Of a stretch of DNA of 64,000 nt, positions 28,307 through 38,525 are shown in pieces. The stretch comes from an uncultured delta proteobacterium (GTDB lineage: Bacteria > Desulfobacterota > Desulfomonilia > UBA1062): positions 128,001 through 192,000 of the forward strand of contig CAVVYZ010000002.1 in the NCBI GenBank assembly GCA_963752595.1. Reading direction: 5' to 3'. The position numbers and the translations under genes were made by a program. Each line of letters starts with the position of its first letter. Position 1 is the first letter of the stretch. Below the pieces are notes generated by a model. That model saw nothing but the letters and a program-made list of their open reading frames with translations. It was not told where the DNA came from and did not search any database.

Positions 28307-30103
28307 ATGTTACCTGATGGAACAATGGGCAGATCCCCTCTGAAGTATGCGCAGGAGATAATCGCGGTTTCGATTCTCGTCCTCGCCGTTGCATGTGTAT
28401 ATGCTCAGGTAGCCGCATTTGACTTCATATCCCTTGATGACAGTACATACGTCAAATACAACCATTCGATATGGGAAGGACTTACGCTGAAAGGCGTTTC
28501 ATGGGCATTCACTTCCATGTATGCTTCCAACTGGCATCCTGCAACCTGGCTTTCTCATATGGCGGACATCCAGCTGTTCGGGTGGCAGCCCGGGATGCAT
28601 CACCTCATGAATGTCTTTTTCCATGCAGCCGGAACAGTGTTGCTGTTCCTCTTCCTTCGCTTCTGCACCGGTGAATGCTGGAGAAGCTTCGGGGTAGCAG
28701 CGCTCTTTGCCCTGCATCCTCTCCATGTAGAATCCGTAGCGTGGATTTCGGAGCGCAAAGATGTCTTGAGCACCTTCTTCTGGATGCTTACCCTGCTGGG
28801 ATATGCCTGGTATGCAAAAAAGCCGAGCTTGCAAAGATACCTGCTCGTAGCGTGCTCCTTTGCCCTCGGCCTCATGGCAAAACCCATGCTGGTGACACTT
28901 CCTTTTGTCTTGCTGCTGCTGGACTACTGGCCCTTGAGAAGGCTGTCGCAGGCGAACGTGTCTTTACCATTGAGAAGAAAGGGCATATGGGCATCCGGCA
29001 TATCCGGGGCCGGCTTGAGGCAGCTTCTTATAGAGAAGATTCCCCTTTTTATCATGGCTGGGGGGTCTAGCATAATAACGTTCACAGCACAGAAAAGCGG
29101 CGGTGCAGTGAACAGCCTTGAAACCGTTCCGGTGTTTTTCAGAATTTCAAATTCCCTTACTTCATATACAGCTTATCTTTTTAAAATGGTATGGCCCGTT
29201 GACCTTGCGGTTTTTTACCCGCTTCCCCATTCCATCAGCCCGCTGTCGGCGGCAGGCGCGTTCGTACTTTTACTCGCCATAACAGCTCTCGTGCTTTGGG
29301 CCCATAAAAAGTTCTCCTATCTTGCCGTGGGATGGTTCTGGTATCTGGGAACACTTGTGCCGGTCATCGGGCTTATCCAGGTTGGTGGACAGTCCATGGC
29401 CGACCGGTACACGTATGTGCCGCTTATCGGGATTTTCATTATGATTACGTGGGGTCTTGGCGATCTTTTCGCCAGATGGCGGTATGGGCAGATGATGCTC
29501 GGTGGAGCTTCTTTACTCCTACTTGTCCTGCTTGTGAGCCTCACCTGGAACCAGGTAGGTACATGGAAGGACAGCATCTCCCTGTTTACTCACGCTATCC
29601 GCATCACCCAAAATAACTATCTTGCTCATCACAACCTGGGATGTGCTTTTTACGAGAAAGGGCGCATGCAGGAGGCAGTAGATCATTATGCTGAAGCGAT
29701 CAGGATATACCCGGATTACGGCCTTGCACATATGAATCTCGCCCTTGCCCTGGAGAAGCAGGGGAAATATAAGGAGGCGCTGAGCCATTATTATAAGGCA
29801 TCAAGTCTGAACCCAAAGTCTGCTCTGTCTCACTATTACATCGGAAAAGGGATATACAAGCTCGGCAACAACCTCAAAGAAGCGCATCGGGAGTTTACCA
29901 AGGCGCTGGTATTGAACCCTCATTATGTTGAAGCATGGAATAATCTCGGCATGTGCTTTACCTTGCAGGGCAAGGTTGAAGAGGGAAAGTTCTGCTACAT
30001 GAAGGCATTAAGAATTAATCCTGATTTTTATCCCGCTAGGGTCAATCTTGCCGGCCTGCTGAAAAGACAAAAGCATGCACATAAAGTGTTCCCGCCCCGT
30101 TAA
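28307..30103 (+). CDS. TMTC-like GT-C membrane glycosyltransferase with C-terminal TPR repeats
   Basis: Loop-1 DD (SLDDSTYV), NWHPATWLSHM, HPLHVESVAWISERKDVL, ADRYTYVP, many TMs, TPRs (AHHNLG, AWNNLG); start may be 28325. Confidence 0.8.
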   Translation: MLPDGTMGRSPLKYAQEIIAVSILVLAVACVYAQVAAFDFISLDDSTYVKYNHSIWEGLTLKGVSWAFTSMYASNWHPATWLSHMADIQLFGWQPGMHHLMNVFFHAAGTVLLFLFLRFCTGECWRSFGVAALFALHPLHVESVAWISERKDVLSTFFWMLTLLGYAWYAKKPSLQRYLLVACSFALGLMAKPMLVTLPFVLLLLDYWPLRRLSQANVSLPLRRKGIWASGISGAGLRQLLIEKIPLFIMAGGSSIITFTAQKSGGAVNSLETVPVFFRISNSLTSYTAYLFKMVWPVDLAVFYPLPHSISPLSAAGAFVLLLAITALVLWAHKKFSYLAVGWFWYLGTLVPVIGLIQVGGQSMADRYTYVPLIGIFIMITWGLGDLFARWRYGQMMLGGASLLLLVLLVSLTWNQVGTWKDSISLFTHAIRITQNNYLAHHNLGCAFYEKGRMQEAVDHYAEAIRIYPDYGLAHMNLALALEKQGKYKEALSHYYKASSLNPKSALSHYYIGKGIYKLGNNLKEAHREFTKALVLNPHYVEAWNNLGMCFTLQGKVEEGKFCYMKALRINPDFYPARVNLAGLLKRQKHAHKVFPPR

Positions 30104-30135
30104 GTGAAGCAGGTAGTCGTGGTGAAGAGTTGTTT

Positions 30136-31299
30136 TCAGACAAAAGATCTTTTGATACGCATGAGCTCCTGGCGGGGCGGCTCTTCCATCACGAGCCTGT
30201 TCTTTCCGTTTGTTTTGGCTCGATAGAGTGCTGTGTCAGCCCTGGCGATGAGCGTATCGATTGATTCCGGTGGAACGTAACGCGTAAGTCCCATGGAAAT
30301 GGTGACCCTGAAATCTTCAGGCAGCCCGGGGAAACTGGTCTGTGAAGCGAGATCTTTGATCCGGTCGGCGCAGATGATCGCTTCATCCATATCAGGGTAA
30401 GCGAGGATAACGACGAATTCCTCGCCGCCGTAGCGCGCTATGTAGTCCTGTTCACGGATATCTTTTTTTACTGCCTGGACCAGTGTTCTGAGCACCGTAT
30501 CGCCGATCTGGTGCCCGAAGGTGTCATTGACGTGTTTGAAATCATCGAGATCGAAGATGCAGAAAGAAAAAGATGCCTCACCACGGTCGGCCAGAGCTTT
30601 TTCCCTCTCGAGGATCTTGATCATCTGGCGGCGGTTGTATACCCCAGTGAGCTCATCGATGATTGCCGACTGCCGTATCCTCTCATTGGCCTGGCTCAAC
30701 TCGACATTGGTCTTCACGAGTTTTTCCCTGAGGTGATTGATGTAGCTTCCAATGGCTGCGAACCATGAGAGTACTGCTGCCAGGACGATCCAGTAAAGAA
30801 TGGCCTCCTGGAAGTTGATTTCATCAGGATGATTGGCGAGCAGCAGCACGATTACATAGCCGTACCCGGCCAGGGCATATAGGGCGAGGATGAAAAACTG
30901 CCGGAGCTGCAGTCTGAAAACGCCGAAAATGAACACGACCATGTAGAGAAGCAAGACGATCCCTCTGACGTGATCGGTATAGTAAGCCACGATCATGGCG
31001 CCGAAGGTGGCCTGGATCATCTGGTACATTGTAAGGCTCGGGTCTTTGAAACGTTTGTTCAGGCCGATCCTGAATACGAAAAAGATAATCAGGTTGAGAA
31101 CCAGAATCGCGACAATAGTCGCTATCAGGCCGTACAGGGACATCCTGAACCATCCCTGGAAATAACAGTAGATTATGAGCAACATCCACATGATGTACGC
31201 AGAGAATGCCATGAAGAAACGGCGCATCCTCAGTGCCTGATTCGGATCGTCATGCGGCAGAATATTGTACATGAGTCCCTGATGCCTTATTTTTGTCAT
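30136..31299 (-). CDS. Membrane-bound diguanylate cyclase (GGDEF)
   Basis: About 6 TMs, DELTGVYNRR, DLDDFKHVNDTFGHQIGD, intact I-site REQD and GGEEF, ADTALYRAK. Confidence 0.92.
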   Translation of the reverse strand: MTKIRHQGLMYNILPHDDPNQALRMRRFFMAFSAYIMWMLLIIYCYFQGWFRMSLYGLIATIVAILVLNLIIFFVFRIGLNKRFKDPSLTMYQMIQATFGAMIVAYYTDHVRGIVLLLYMVVFIFGVFRLQLRQFFILALYALAGYGYVIVLLLANHPDEINFQEAILYWIVLAAVLSWFAAIGSYINHLREKLVKTNVELSQANERIRQSAIIDELTGVYNRRQMIKILEREKALADRGEASFSFCIFDLDDFKHVNDTFGHQIGDTVLRTLVQAVKKDIREQDYIARYGGEEFVVILAYPDMDEAIICADRIKDLASQTSFPGLPEDFRVTISMGLTRYVPPESIDTLIARADTALYRAKTNGKNRLVMEEPPRQELMRIKRSFV

Positions 31300-31397
31300 T
31301 GGTATTTTTTGCTATATCGGAATAACCGAAAGAAAGGACAACTATATTCTAACAAAAAATCGGAAGTTATCCGGGGCGGATGGAAAAATATTTTACA

Positions 31398-31751
31398 TCA
31401 TTCCTGAAGGTGTTCGAATCCCTGGGCCAGGACATTTTTTATATGCTTGTCGCTCAGGGAGTAGTATACATGTTTGCCGGTCTTCCTTGACTTTATCAGG
31501 CGGGATCTGCTCAACAACCGCAGCTGGTGGGAAATGGCGGAATGGTTCATGGCGAGCAGCTCTGCAATGTCTCCCACGCATAATTCCGAAGCCCCGAGGG
31601 CAAACAGGATTTTTATACGGGTAGGATCACCGAAGAGTTTAAAGAAATCCGCAAGCTCGTCCGCTACCCGCTCGTCAGCAGGAAGAAGCTCCTTGATCCT
31701 GCCTATCTTCAAGGCCCTATCCGCAGGATCTGATGGATGTGCAGTATCCAT
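31398..31751 (-). CDS. ArsR/SmtB metal-sensing repressor
   Basis: FKLFGDPTRIKIL, ELCVGDIA, SAISHQLRLL, alpha5 site D-x-H-x10-H-x2-E; start uncertain (ATG 31751 or TTG 31787). Confidence 0.88.
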   Translation of the reverse strand: MDTAHPSDPADRALKIGRIKELLPADERVADELADFFKLFGDPTRIKILFALGASELCVGDIAELLAMNHSAISHQLRLLSRSRLIKSRKTGKHVYYSLSDKHIKNVLAQGFEHLQE

Positions 31752-31901
31752 TGGTAAGAATGTAATTTTATCCGAGCAGGATGTCAATCAGAAGATTCCC
31801 GGCGGCTTGGCTTAAGGGATTACTTCATGATCTTTGTGATTGACGGGACAAGCCGACCTTCTGTAGAAACTTCCAGCATAAGAAGGAAGGTGGGAATAGG
31901 T

Positions 31902-32579
31902 GTGATAGGAACGCTGGTAAATGCCTCGGCCGTGGTAGTCGGTTCGGTAGTCGGTATCTATGCCGGAAGGCGTATAACGGATGATATCCGGGAAACCCTC
32001 ATGCACGCCCTCGGCCTGGCTGTGGTGGTGATCGGTCTGGAAATGGCATTAACTGCCCATGATCTCATCCCTGCAGTTGCCTGCCTCCTCTTGGGCGGGA
32101 TTACCGGGGAAATCTTACGGATCGAGAGCGGCATCGCATGGATCGGGAACCGTCTGAAGGAACGTTTCCGGTCGGGGTCCGCCACCTTCGTGCAGGGTTT
32201 TGTCTCGGCAACGGTCCTCTATCTTGCCGGGGCTATGACTATCGTCGGGTGCATCCAGGAAGGCACAACCGGTGATGCGAGCGTCCTGTATCTGAAATCC
32301 CTGCTGGACGGGGTAGCATCGATCGCGCTTACCTCTACGCTGGGGATCGGGGTTGCCTTTTCGGCATTGTCCGTTCTGGCGGTTCAAGGCAGCCTCACGA
32401 TCATTGCTTCTTACCTCGCTTTTCTCCAGGAACCGGCTGTTCCGGCTTCCATAACCTCAACCGGAGGCCTGATCATCTTAGGCATCGGCATCAACCTGCT
32501 TGGGATACTGAAGATACGGGTGGGAAATCTCGTGCCTGCGCTTGTCTACGCAGTGGCGTATCCGTTACTTTTCTCATAA
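31902..32579 (+). CDS. DUF554 family membrane protein
   Basis: GTLVNA..VVVGS, GFVSATVLY..GAMTIVG, LYLKSLLDG, GIGVAFSA, IRVGNLVPAL. Confidence 0.8.
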   Translation: MIGTLVNASAVVVGSVVGIYAGRRITDDIRETLMHALGLAVVVIGLEMALTAHDLIPAVACLLLGGITGEILRIESGIAWIGNRLKERFRSGSATFVQGFVSATVLYLAGAMTIVGCIQEGTTGDASVLYLKSLLDGVASIALTSTLGIGVAFSALSVLAVQGSLTIIASYLAFLQEPAVPASITSTGGLIILGIGINLLGILKIRVGNLVPALVYAVAYPLLFS

Positions 32580-32715
32580 TCGTCTCAGCTCCGAACGCTT
32601 CCATCCTGAACGTCTGTTCCTTAAGCAGTGTTCCTGTTCTATTCTTTGCATTGCAAAAATGTTTTCATCTGTACTAAGAGAGAGCCACACCCAAATCAAT
32701 ATTGAGGACAGGCAT

Positions 32716-33273
32716 ATGAATTCATATCTGTTGCGTGCGGAAGACTGCATGCTGATGGTGATCGATATCCAGCAAAGGCTGTACAGCGCCATGGAGAAAG
32801 GTTTCCGTGAGACATTCCTCAAGAACAGCATTATCCTTCTTGAGGCGGCGCATGCTTTCGAAATGCCGGTCCTCGTGTCCGAGCAGTATCCGAAAAGGCT
32901 TGGCCGAACCATTGACGAGATCGGCGCCCATATCGCCGGGATACCGGCATATGAAAAGATGCATTTCAGCCTCTACCGCGATTCCGTTATCAATGGCCGG
33001 GTGGATTCACTTGCCAAGAAGACCGTGATCGTAACCGGGATCGAGGCTCATGTCTGCGTTTTCCAGACCGTCATCGACCTGCTCATGGCCGGGTACCGTG
33101 TTGTCGTAGCCGACGATGCCGTGTGTTCGAGGAGGTCTCATGACAGGCATACGGCCTTAGCTCAGATGGGCAGGGCAGGGGCAATGATCTACTCTGCGGA
33201 GATGGTCGCATTCATGCTCCTTCAAAAGGCAGGTACGCAGCAATTCAAAAAGCTTGCCCCTCTTTTTCGATGA
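32716..33273 (+). CDS. Isochorismatase-like cysteine hydrolase
   Basis: VIDIQQRL, SEQYPKRLG, EKMHFS, GIEAHVCVFQT, DAVCSR; GAGG SD before ATG 32716. Confidence 0.88.
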   Translation: MNSYLLRAEDCMLMVIDIQQRLYSAMEKGFRETFLKNSIILLEAAHAFEMPVLVSEQYPKRLGRTIDEIGAHIAGIPAYEKMHFSLYRDSVINGRVDSLAKKTVIVTGIEAHVCVFQTVIDLLMAGYRVVVADDAVCSRRSHDRHTALAQMGRAGAMIYSAEMVAFMLLQKAGTQQFKKLAPLFR

Positions 33274-33360
33274 GAAAACGGGTATAAGGGAAAAATAATC
33301 GCTCATAATAATATTTAAGACCTTGATACCGTGAGCCTTGTATGATAAAGGGCTCACCAA

Positions 33361-33439
33361 AACACACGTCCTTCTTTATAAGCAGGGTCTTGGTGTCCTT
33401 ATCAGTTAAGGATTGATCCTGTTGGACGGAGGAAAAACC
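33361..33439 (+). ncRNA. rpsB 5' leader (S2-binding, t44-like structured RNA)
   Basis: ACACAC...GGGT...GGAGG..AACC landmarks with nested stems CGTCC/GGACG, CAGGGTC/GATCCTG and TCCTTA/TAAGGA directly upstream of rpsB. Confidence 0.65.
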
Positions 33440-33453
33440 AGGAGGAAACAGGA

Positions 33454-34353
33454 ATGGCAGTAGTAACAATGAAGCAACTTTTAGAGGCCGGGGTACATTT
33501 CGGGCACCAGACTCCGAGATGGAACCCCAAGATGAAACCCTACATTTTCGGATCCCGTAACGGCATCCATATCATTGACCTTCAGAAGACGGAAAAGCTT
33601 TTCGAGAAGGCATGCGATTTCATCAAGGAAGTCACGGCAACCGGTGGCAAGGTTCTGTTCGTAGGGACAAAGAAACAGGCCCAGGATGCCATCGAGGAAG
33701 AAGCGGCCAGGGTCGGCGCATTTTATGTGAACTTCCGCTGGCTGGGCGGTACTTTGACCAATTTCGAAACGATCAAAAAGAGTATCGAAAAGCTCAAATG
33801 GCTCGAGAACATCATCGATAACGGGACAATCGAAGATTATCCCAAAAAAGAGCAGATTGCCATGAAGCGGCACAAGATAAAGCTCGAGCGCTCCCTTCAT
33901 GGGATCAAGAATATGGAGGTTCTCCCGAACCTGCTTTACATCGTTGACCCGTCACGTGAATACATCGCCGTGAAAGAGGCTCGGAAGCTGGGCATCCCGA
34001 TTGTGGGCATCGTGGACACCAACTGTGATCCCACGCTCATTGATTACGTCATTCCCGGCAACGATGACGCCATCAGGGCCATCCGGCTCTTCAGCTCCAA
34101 GATTGCCGACGCCGTCAGCGAAGGCAACGCGGTTCACGTAGAGAAGCTCCAGTCCGAAACCAAGGAAGAGGTCGCACCGGAAGGTGGCGCAGTCAAAGAA
34201 GAGGGCGCTCCCAAAGAAACCATGGGCAAGGGTCTCGAGGGTGAGATTGAAATCATTGTCAAGGAAGGAAAGAGCCGGAGAAAGCCCAAAGGCGTAGGTT
34301 CCGATGCCCTGGCACCTGAAAAAGAGTCGGGCGACGACGAAGGATCAGTGTAA
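33454..34353 (+). CDS. rpsB: 30S ribosomal protein S2 (acidic C-terminal extension)
   Basis: [42 protein letters not shown]. Confidence 0.98.
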   Translation: MAVVTMKQLLEAGVHFGHQTPRWNPKMKPYIFGSRNGIHIIDLQKTEKLFEKACDFIKEVTATGGKVLFVGTKKQAQDAIEEEAARVGAFYVNFRWLGGTLTNFETIKKSIEKLKWLENIIDNGTIEDYPKKEQIAMKRHKIKLERSLHGIKNMEVLPNLLYIVDPSREYIAVKEARKLGIPIVGIVDTNCDPTLIDYVIPGNDDAIRAIRLFSSKIADAVSEGNAVHVEKLQSETKEEVAPEGGAVKEEGAPKETMGKGLEGEIEIIVKEGKSRRKPKGVGSDALAPEKESGDDEGSV

Positions 34354-34374
34354 AAACCGAGGGAGGGAAGAACG

Positions 34375-34974
34375 GTGCAGATTTCATCAGAGGATGTAAA
34401 GAAGCTGAGAGAGAAAACCGGTGTAGGAATGATGGATTGCAAGAAAGCCCTGCAGGAGTGCGGCGGGGATTTCAATAAGGCAGTGGAGTACTTGCGGAAA
34501 AAGGGTATGGATGTTGCCAACAAGCGCCAGGGAAGGACAGCCTCCCAGGGCGTGGTGTCATCCTATATCCACATGGGTGGCAAGGTCGGCGTGCTTGTGG
34601 AGGTCAACTGCGAGAGCGATTTCGTCGCCAAGTCCGAAAACTTCGCCGGCTTTGTCAAGGATGTGGCAATGCACATCGCTGCCGCCGGTCCTGAGTGGGT
34701 ATCCCGCGAGGATGTTCCGCAGGATGTGCTCAGCAAGGAAAAAGAAATCTATAAAGAGCAGGCGCTGAAGTCCGGCAAACCTGAAAAGATCCTGGATAAG
34801 ATCGCTGAAGGGAGACTTGCCAAATTCTATTCCGAGCGGTGTCTGCTTGAGCAGCCCTTTGTGAAGGATACGGATAAGAACATAAAGCAACTCCTGGATG
34901 AGCTGATGGGCAAGACCGGAGAGAAGTGCGAAATCAGGCGTTTTGCACGCTATCAGCTGGGAGAAGAAATCTAA
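34375..34974 (+). CDS. tsf: Elongation factor Ts (short form)
   Basis: VKKLREKTGVGMMDCKKAL, EVNCESDFVA, LLEQPFVKD. Confidence 0.97.
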   Translation: MQISSEDVKKLREKTGVGMMDCKKALQECGGDFNKAVEYLRKKGMDVANKRQGRTASQGVVSSYIHMGGKVGVLVEVNCESDFVAKSENFAGFVKDVAMHIAAAGPEWVSREDVPQDVLSKEKEIYKEQALKSGKPEKILDKIAEGRLAKFYSERCLLEQPFVKDTDKNIKQLLDELMGKTGEKCEIRRFARYQLGEEI

Positions 34975-34978
34975 GGAA

Positions 34979-35704
34979 GTGTCTGTGCTCTATAAGCGTA
35001 TTCTCCTCAAGCTCAGTGGCGAGGCCCTTGCCGGCAGCAGGGGATACGGATTCGATCCCGCAACGCTGGATTCATTCGCTTCGGCCATATCCGACGCTGC
35101 CGCCATGGGTATACAGATCGCCATCGTAATAGGCGGAGGGAACATCTTCCGCGGGCAGGATTCTGCCCTTGCCTCCGACAGGGTATCGGCAGACCAGATG
35201 GGGATGCTGGCAACGTACATCAACGCGTTAGCGCTCAAAGGATCTCTTGAGCGCACAGGCCTTTCTTGCACTATCTTGGGATCGATAGGCATCACATCCG
35301 TTGCGGAAGCATTCAACGCCGCTTCAGCAAGAAGATTGCTGGAACAGGGACACGTGCTCCTTTTTGCAGGTGGCACCGGATGCCCGTATTTCACCACGGA
35401 TACGGCAGCTGCCCTGCGAGCCCTGGAGGTGCGGGCGGATATCCTGGTGAAAGCCACCAAGGTGGACGGCATCTATGACAAGGATCCGGTCAAGTACCCG
35501 GATGCGGTATTCTACCCGGAACTCGACTATGACCAGGTGTTGCATATGAACCTCAAGGTAATGGATTTGACAGCCATTAGTCTCTGCCGGGACAACGCTC
35601 TGAAGGTAAGCGTGATCAATATCAGAGAGCCTGAGAACCTTAAAAAGCTGCTCGGCGGAGAAAAGATCGGTTCGATCGTGACTTCAGGAGGGACTAAGAG
35701 ATGA
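34979..35704 (+). CDS. pyrH: Uridylate kinase
   Basis: RILLKLSGEAL, IGGGNIFRG, DQMGMLAT, FTTDTAAALRA, VDGIYDKDP; GTG start 34979 or 34985. Confidence 0.97.
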   Translation: MSVLYKRILLKLSGEALAGSRGYGFDPATLDSFASAISDAAAMGIQIAIVIGGGNIFRGQDSALASDRVSADQMGMLATYINALALKGSLERTGLSCTILGSIGITSVAEAFNAASARRLLEQGHVLLFAGGTGCPYFTTDTAAALRALEVRADILVKATKVDGIYDKDPVKYPDAVFYPELDYDQVLHMNLKVMDLTAISLCRDNALKVSVINIREPENLKKLLGGEKIGSIVTSGGTKR

Positions 35705-36258
35705 TCAAAGATGTTCTTGACGAATTGAAAAAAGAAATGGACAAGACCATCGATTCCATGAAGCTCGCCCTGCAGAAGGTGCGGACAGGGAGGGCATCCA
35801 TCGGGATCCTGGATAGTATCATGGTGGATTACTATGGGACAATGACCCCTTTGAAGCAGCTTGCCACGCTGGCGGTCCCGGAGCCGAGGCTCATCACTAT
35901 CTCCCCGTGGGACAAGGGCGCCATTTCACCCATAGAAAAGGCCATCATGAAGTCGGAGATCGGCCTGACGCCGGCAAATGACGGCAAGCTCATCCGCGTA
36001 CCCATCCCGCCTCTGAATGAAGAAAGACGCCGTGATCTCGTGAAAATGGTGAAAAAGATGGCTGAAGAATACCGCGTCGAGGTCCGGAACCATCGCAGGG
36101 ATGCCAATGCCCTGCTCAAAGAACTGGAAAAGGAAAAAGAGATCAGTCTGGATGAGCAGAAATCGGCCCAGGACAAAGTCCAGGATCTCACAGACGAGCA
36201 CATCAGGAAAATCGATCAGATCCTTGCCGACAAAGAAAAAGAAATTATGGAAGTATGA
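35701..36258 (+). CDS. frr: Ribosome recycling factor
   Basis: VRTGRAS, VDYYG, PPLNEERRRDLVK, VRNHRRDA, KEKEIMEV; ATGA overlap with pyrH. Confidence 0.98.
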   Translation: MIKDVLDELKKEMDKTIDSMKLALQKVRTGRASIGILDSIMVDYYGTMTPLKQLATLAVPEPRLITISPWDKGAISPIEKAIMKSEIGLTPANDGKLIRVPIPPLNEERRRDLVKMVKKMAEEYRVEVRNHRRDANALLKELEKEKEISLDEQKSAQDKVQDLTDEHIRKIDQILADKEKEIMEV

Positions 36259-36367
36259 GGCGAGCACAAGCGAACTCCATCAAAGGAAACATCAGGGGAC
36301 ACACGTACAGCCGGTCTATGCAGGTAAGGAATGAGGTCTGTCCCGACACATCCAAGGAGGTCCATCT

Positions 36368-36883
36368 TTGAATTCAAGGGAAATAGACAATAAATCTTCA
36401 CGGTTCATGATGTATTTCAAGCAGAATAACCTCAACGAGCTCAGGGTTATATCACGCTTGCTCAATATCGCGATGGTCGACTTCGTATGTGCTGCGCTCG
36501 ATGCCTATGTCTTCAAGAAAGAGCAGGAGTACGGGGGAAGCATTCCCGGCCGCCAGAAAAAGCGATATGTCGGGCCAAGGACCGATACCTCTGAAAAAAG
36601 GATCCGCTACGTGATGAGGCTCGATAAGGAAACGGTGGAGAAGGTCAGGGATATCGCGTTTCTTGACAACCGGAGATTCACCCATGTCTGCGACGAGGCC
36701 CTGTCAAACTTTATAGAATTCACCAAGCAGGAAAAGAATTTCAAGAATATATGGATATCCAGATCTGACGTGGAGGCTGTGCGGGGAAGGAAAAGCGTAA
36801 AATCGTCACTCGAGATCGAGACCCTGCTCAAACAGTACAAGTCATATGAAAAGGCGACACGCCCGGGACGGACACTGAAATAA
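36368..36883 (+). CDS. Hypothetical protein with two ribbon-helix-helix-like repeats
   Basis: AAGGAGG SD before TTG; repeats RFMMYF..LNELRVIS...FVCAALDAYV and RYVMRL..VEKVRDIA...VCDEALSNFI. Confidence 0.7.
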   Translation: MNSREIDNKSSRFMMYFKQNNLNELRVISRLLNIAMVDFVCAALDAYVFKKEQEYGGSIPGRQKKRYVGPRTDTSEKRIRYVMRLDKETVEKVRDIAFLDNRRFTHVCDEALSNFIEFTKQEKNFKNIWISRSDVEAVRGRKSVKSSLEIETLLKQYKSYEKATRPGRTLK

Positions 36884-36896
36884 GAAAGAAATATTA

Positions 36897-38450
36897 TTGA
36901 CGAATTACGACCGCCAGTTCGAATGCGTCCAACCCCTTCAGGAGGCTGAAGAAAGCCCCCGGTCCATATTATCTTTAAGCAACTGCAGGGACCTTACCCA
37001 GTGGTTCCGGGCATCGTTTTGCGGGGCACTCGCCTGTATCGCCCTCTACACCCTGTTCGGATTCATTCTGGTGAGCCGTCATGCAAGCCGGCTTTCCTCG
37101 CAGATGCAGCTCCTTCTCTCTGCCGGCATGCACCCGCTGGTCATGCCGGACGACCCATACCTGGCAGACTCCGTTCACAGGCTCGGCAGCGGACTGTTCT
37201 TCGGTTCCACCCTCGGGGTTCTGATTGCAGTCATTGCCATGATCTTCTCGGTGATCCCCTGGTACACGGGACGATTTTCCATAAAAGACGGTTTTTCATA
37301 CCTGGCCGTCGGCGCATTGAACACGTACCTGGGCTACAGCGGCGAGGCACCGGTCCTGTCGTTCTTCTTCGGTTTCTTAAGCCCGCTTTTCTTTTTCGTT
37401 CCCTGGGCCCTGATCATCCGGAAGAGCATACCACGTGAAGTCGCTGTGAAAAGGTGGCTCGTCATTGCCTGCATGGTGTCATCGCCGTTCGCAGTGCTCA
37501 TGACTTTCGGGTCAGCCTCCTTCGAGATGATCCGGGATTCCATGGTCACCACGCCGGTCATGCGGAGCCTCTCGGACTTCTACTACAACCATACCCTGCT
37601 CGCCGCACATGTCATCAAGCCTATAGCAGACCAGGAACAGAAGGTAATCGCAGTCTCGGACACGATACGCCGGATCGGCCCCATACCCCATGGAAGCCTG
37701 TGGGTCATTACCCCCGATCCCTGCAATCTGAAAGGAAAGAGCCTTACGGTGAGTAGAGACGAGCTTCCTTGCAAATCGATCATACTCCCGGATGAAAGGC
37801 CTGCAAATGCAGCTAACAGGGTCATCAGAGAATATAGTACAGCATATGACGTGAACGGGAAAATGAGACAGGGCATCGGGCTGTTTTTCTTCCGCGGGCC
37901 GCTGCTGCTCGTGCCTGTCCTGTTCATGCTCTGGTTTGCACTCTTCCTGTCGAACCTCTTTGCGAGGTCCGCTGTTATCTCCCTTCTCATCCTTTCGGGG
38001 TTTATAGCGCTCTTCATCCCTGCTGGAAAGAATCTGTACGAAAACTACCAGCTTATCCGGCATCCGGACCGCCTTGCCCAGTACATCCTGTCCGAGCATG
38101 AAGACCTGCGCTACCTGGCCTTAAGCTTCTTCCCGGATGAGCTTACAAACCGTGAGATCATCAGGTTTTCCCGGGACGAGAGCCCGAGGATCAGGCTTCG
38201 GGCCCTTCTCGAAGCAGGGGAGAGGGGGAACAAGGATTTCCTCGGGATTTTTGAGAAGGCAATACACGATCCCCAGCTCAACGTGAGGACAAAAGCCTGC
38301 TGGGCACTCGGAAAGATCGAGTCCGGGAAAGCATCGGACCTGCTTGAACAGGTATTCCTGAACGATACATCCTGGTATGTACGGGGGTACGCCTACCGGT
38401 CATTGGGAAAGACCCGGCCGGTTGCCGGGATTATCAGGACGGAGATGTAG
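36897..38450 (+). CDS. Multi-pass membrane protein with C-terminal HEAT-like repeats
   Basis: Several hydrophobic segments; D.SPRIRLRAL, DPQLNVRTKACWALGKI, D.SWYVRGYAYRSLG; start uncertain. Confidence 0.7.
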   Translation: MTNYDRQFECVQPLQEAEESPRSILSLSNCRDLTQWFRASFCGALACIALYTLFGFILVSRHASRLSSQMQLLLSAGMHPLVMPDDPYLADSVHRLGSGLFFGSTLGVLIAVIAMIFSVIPWYTGRFSIKDGFSYLAVGALNTYLGYSGEAPVLSFFFGFLSPLFFFVPWALIIRKSIPREVAVKRWLVIACMVSSPFAVLMTFGSASFEMIRDSMVTTPVMRSLSDFYYNHTLLAAHVIKPIADQEQKVIAVSDTIRRIGPIPHGSLWVITPDPCNLKGKSLTVSRDELPCKSIILPDERPANAANRVIREYSTAYDVNGKMRQGIGLFFFRGPLLLVPVLFMLWFALFLSNLFARSAVISLLILSGFIALFIPAGKNLYENYQLIRHPDRLAQYILSEHEDLRYLALSFFPDELTNREIIRFSRDESPRIRLRALLEAGERGNKDFLGIFEKAIHDPQLNVRTKACWALGKIESGKASDLLEQVFLNDTSWYVRGYAYRSLGKTRPVAGIIRTEM

Positions 38451-38525
38451 CAAAGCTGCAAGATCGAGATTATAAATTCTGCAGGAAAAGCTTCATTAAG
38501 CGATCCCTGCTTGAACGGAGAACCC

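Noticed and set aside
31314-31341. Sigma-28-like -10 (TCCGATAT, minus strand) upstream of the GGDEF gene
   Set aside because: No matching -35 at the 15-nt spacing (TTGTC)
36880-36906. ATAAG-N14-GACGAATT near the start of the HEAT-repeat gene
   Set aside because: Both -35 and spacing deviate, the context is AT-rich, and it overlaps the predicted start
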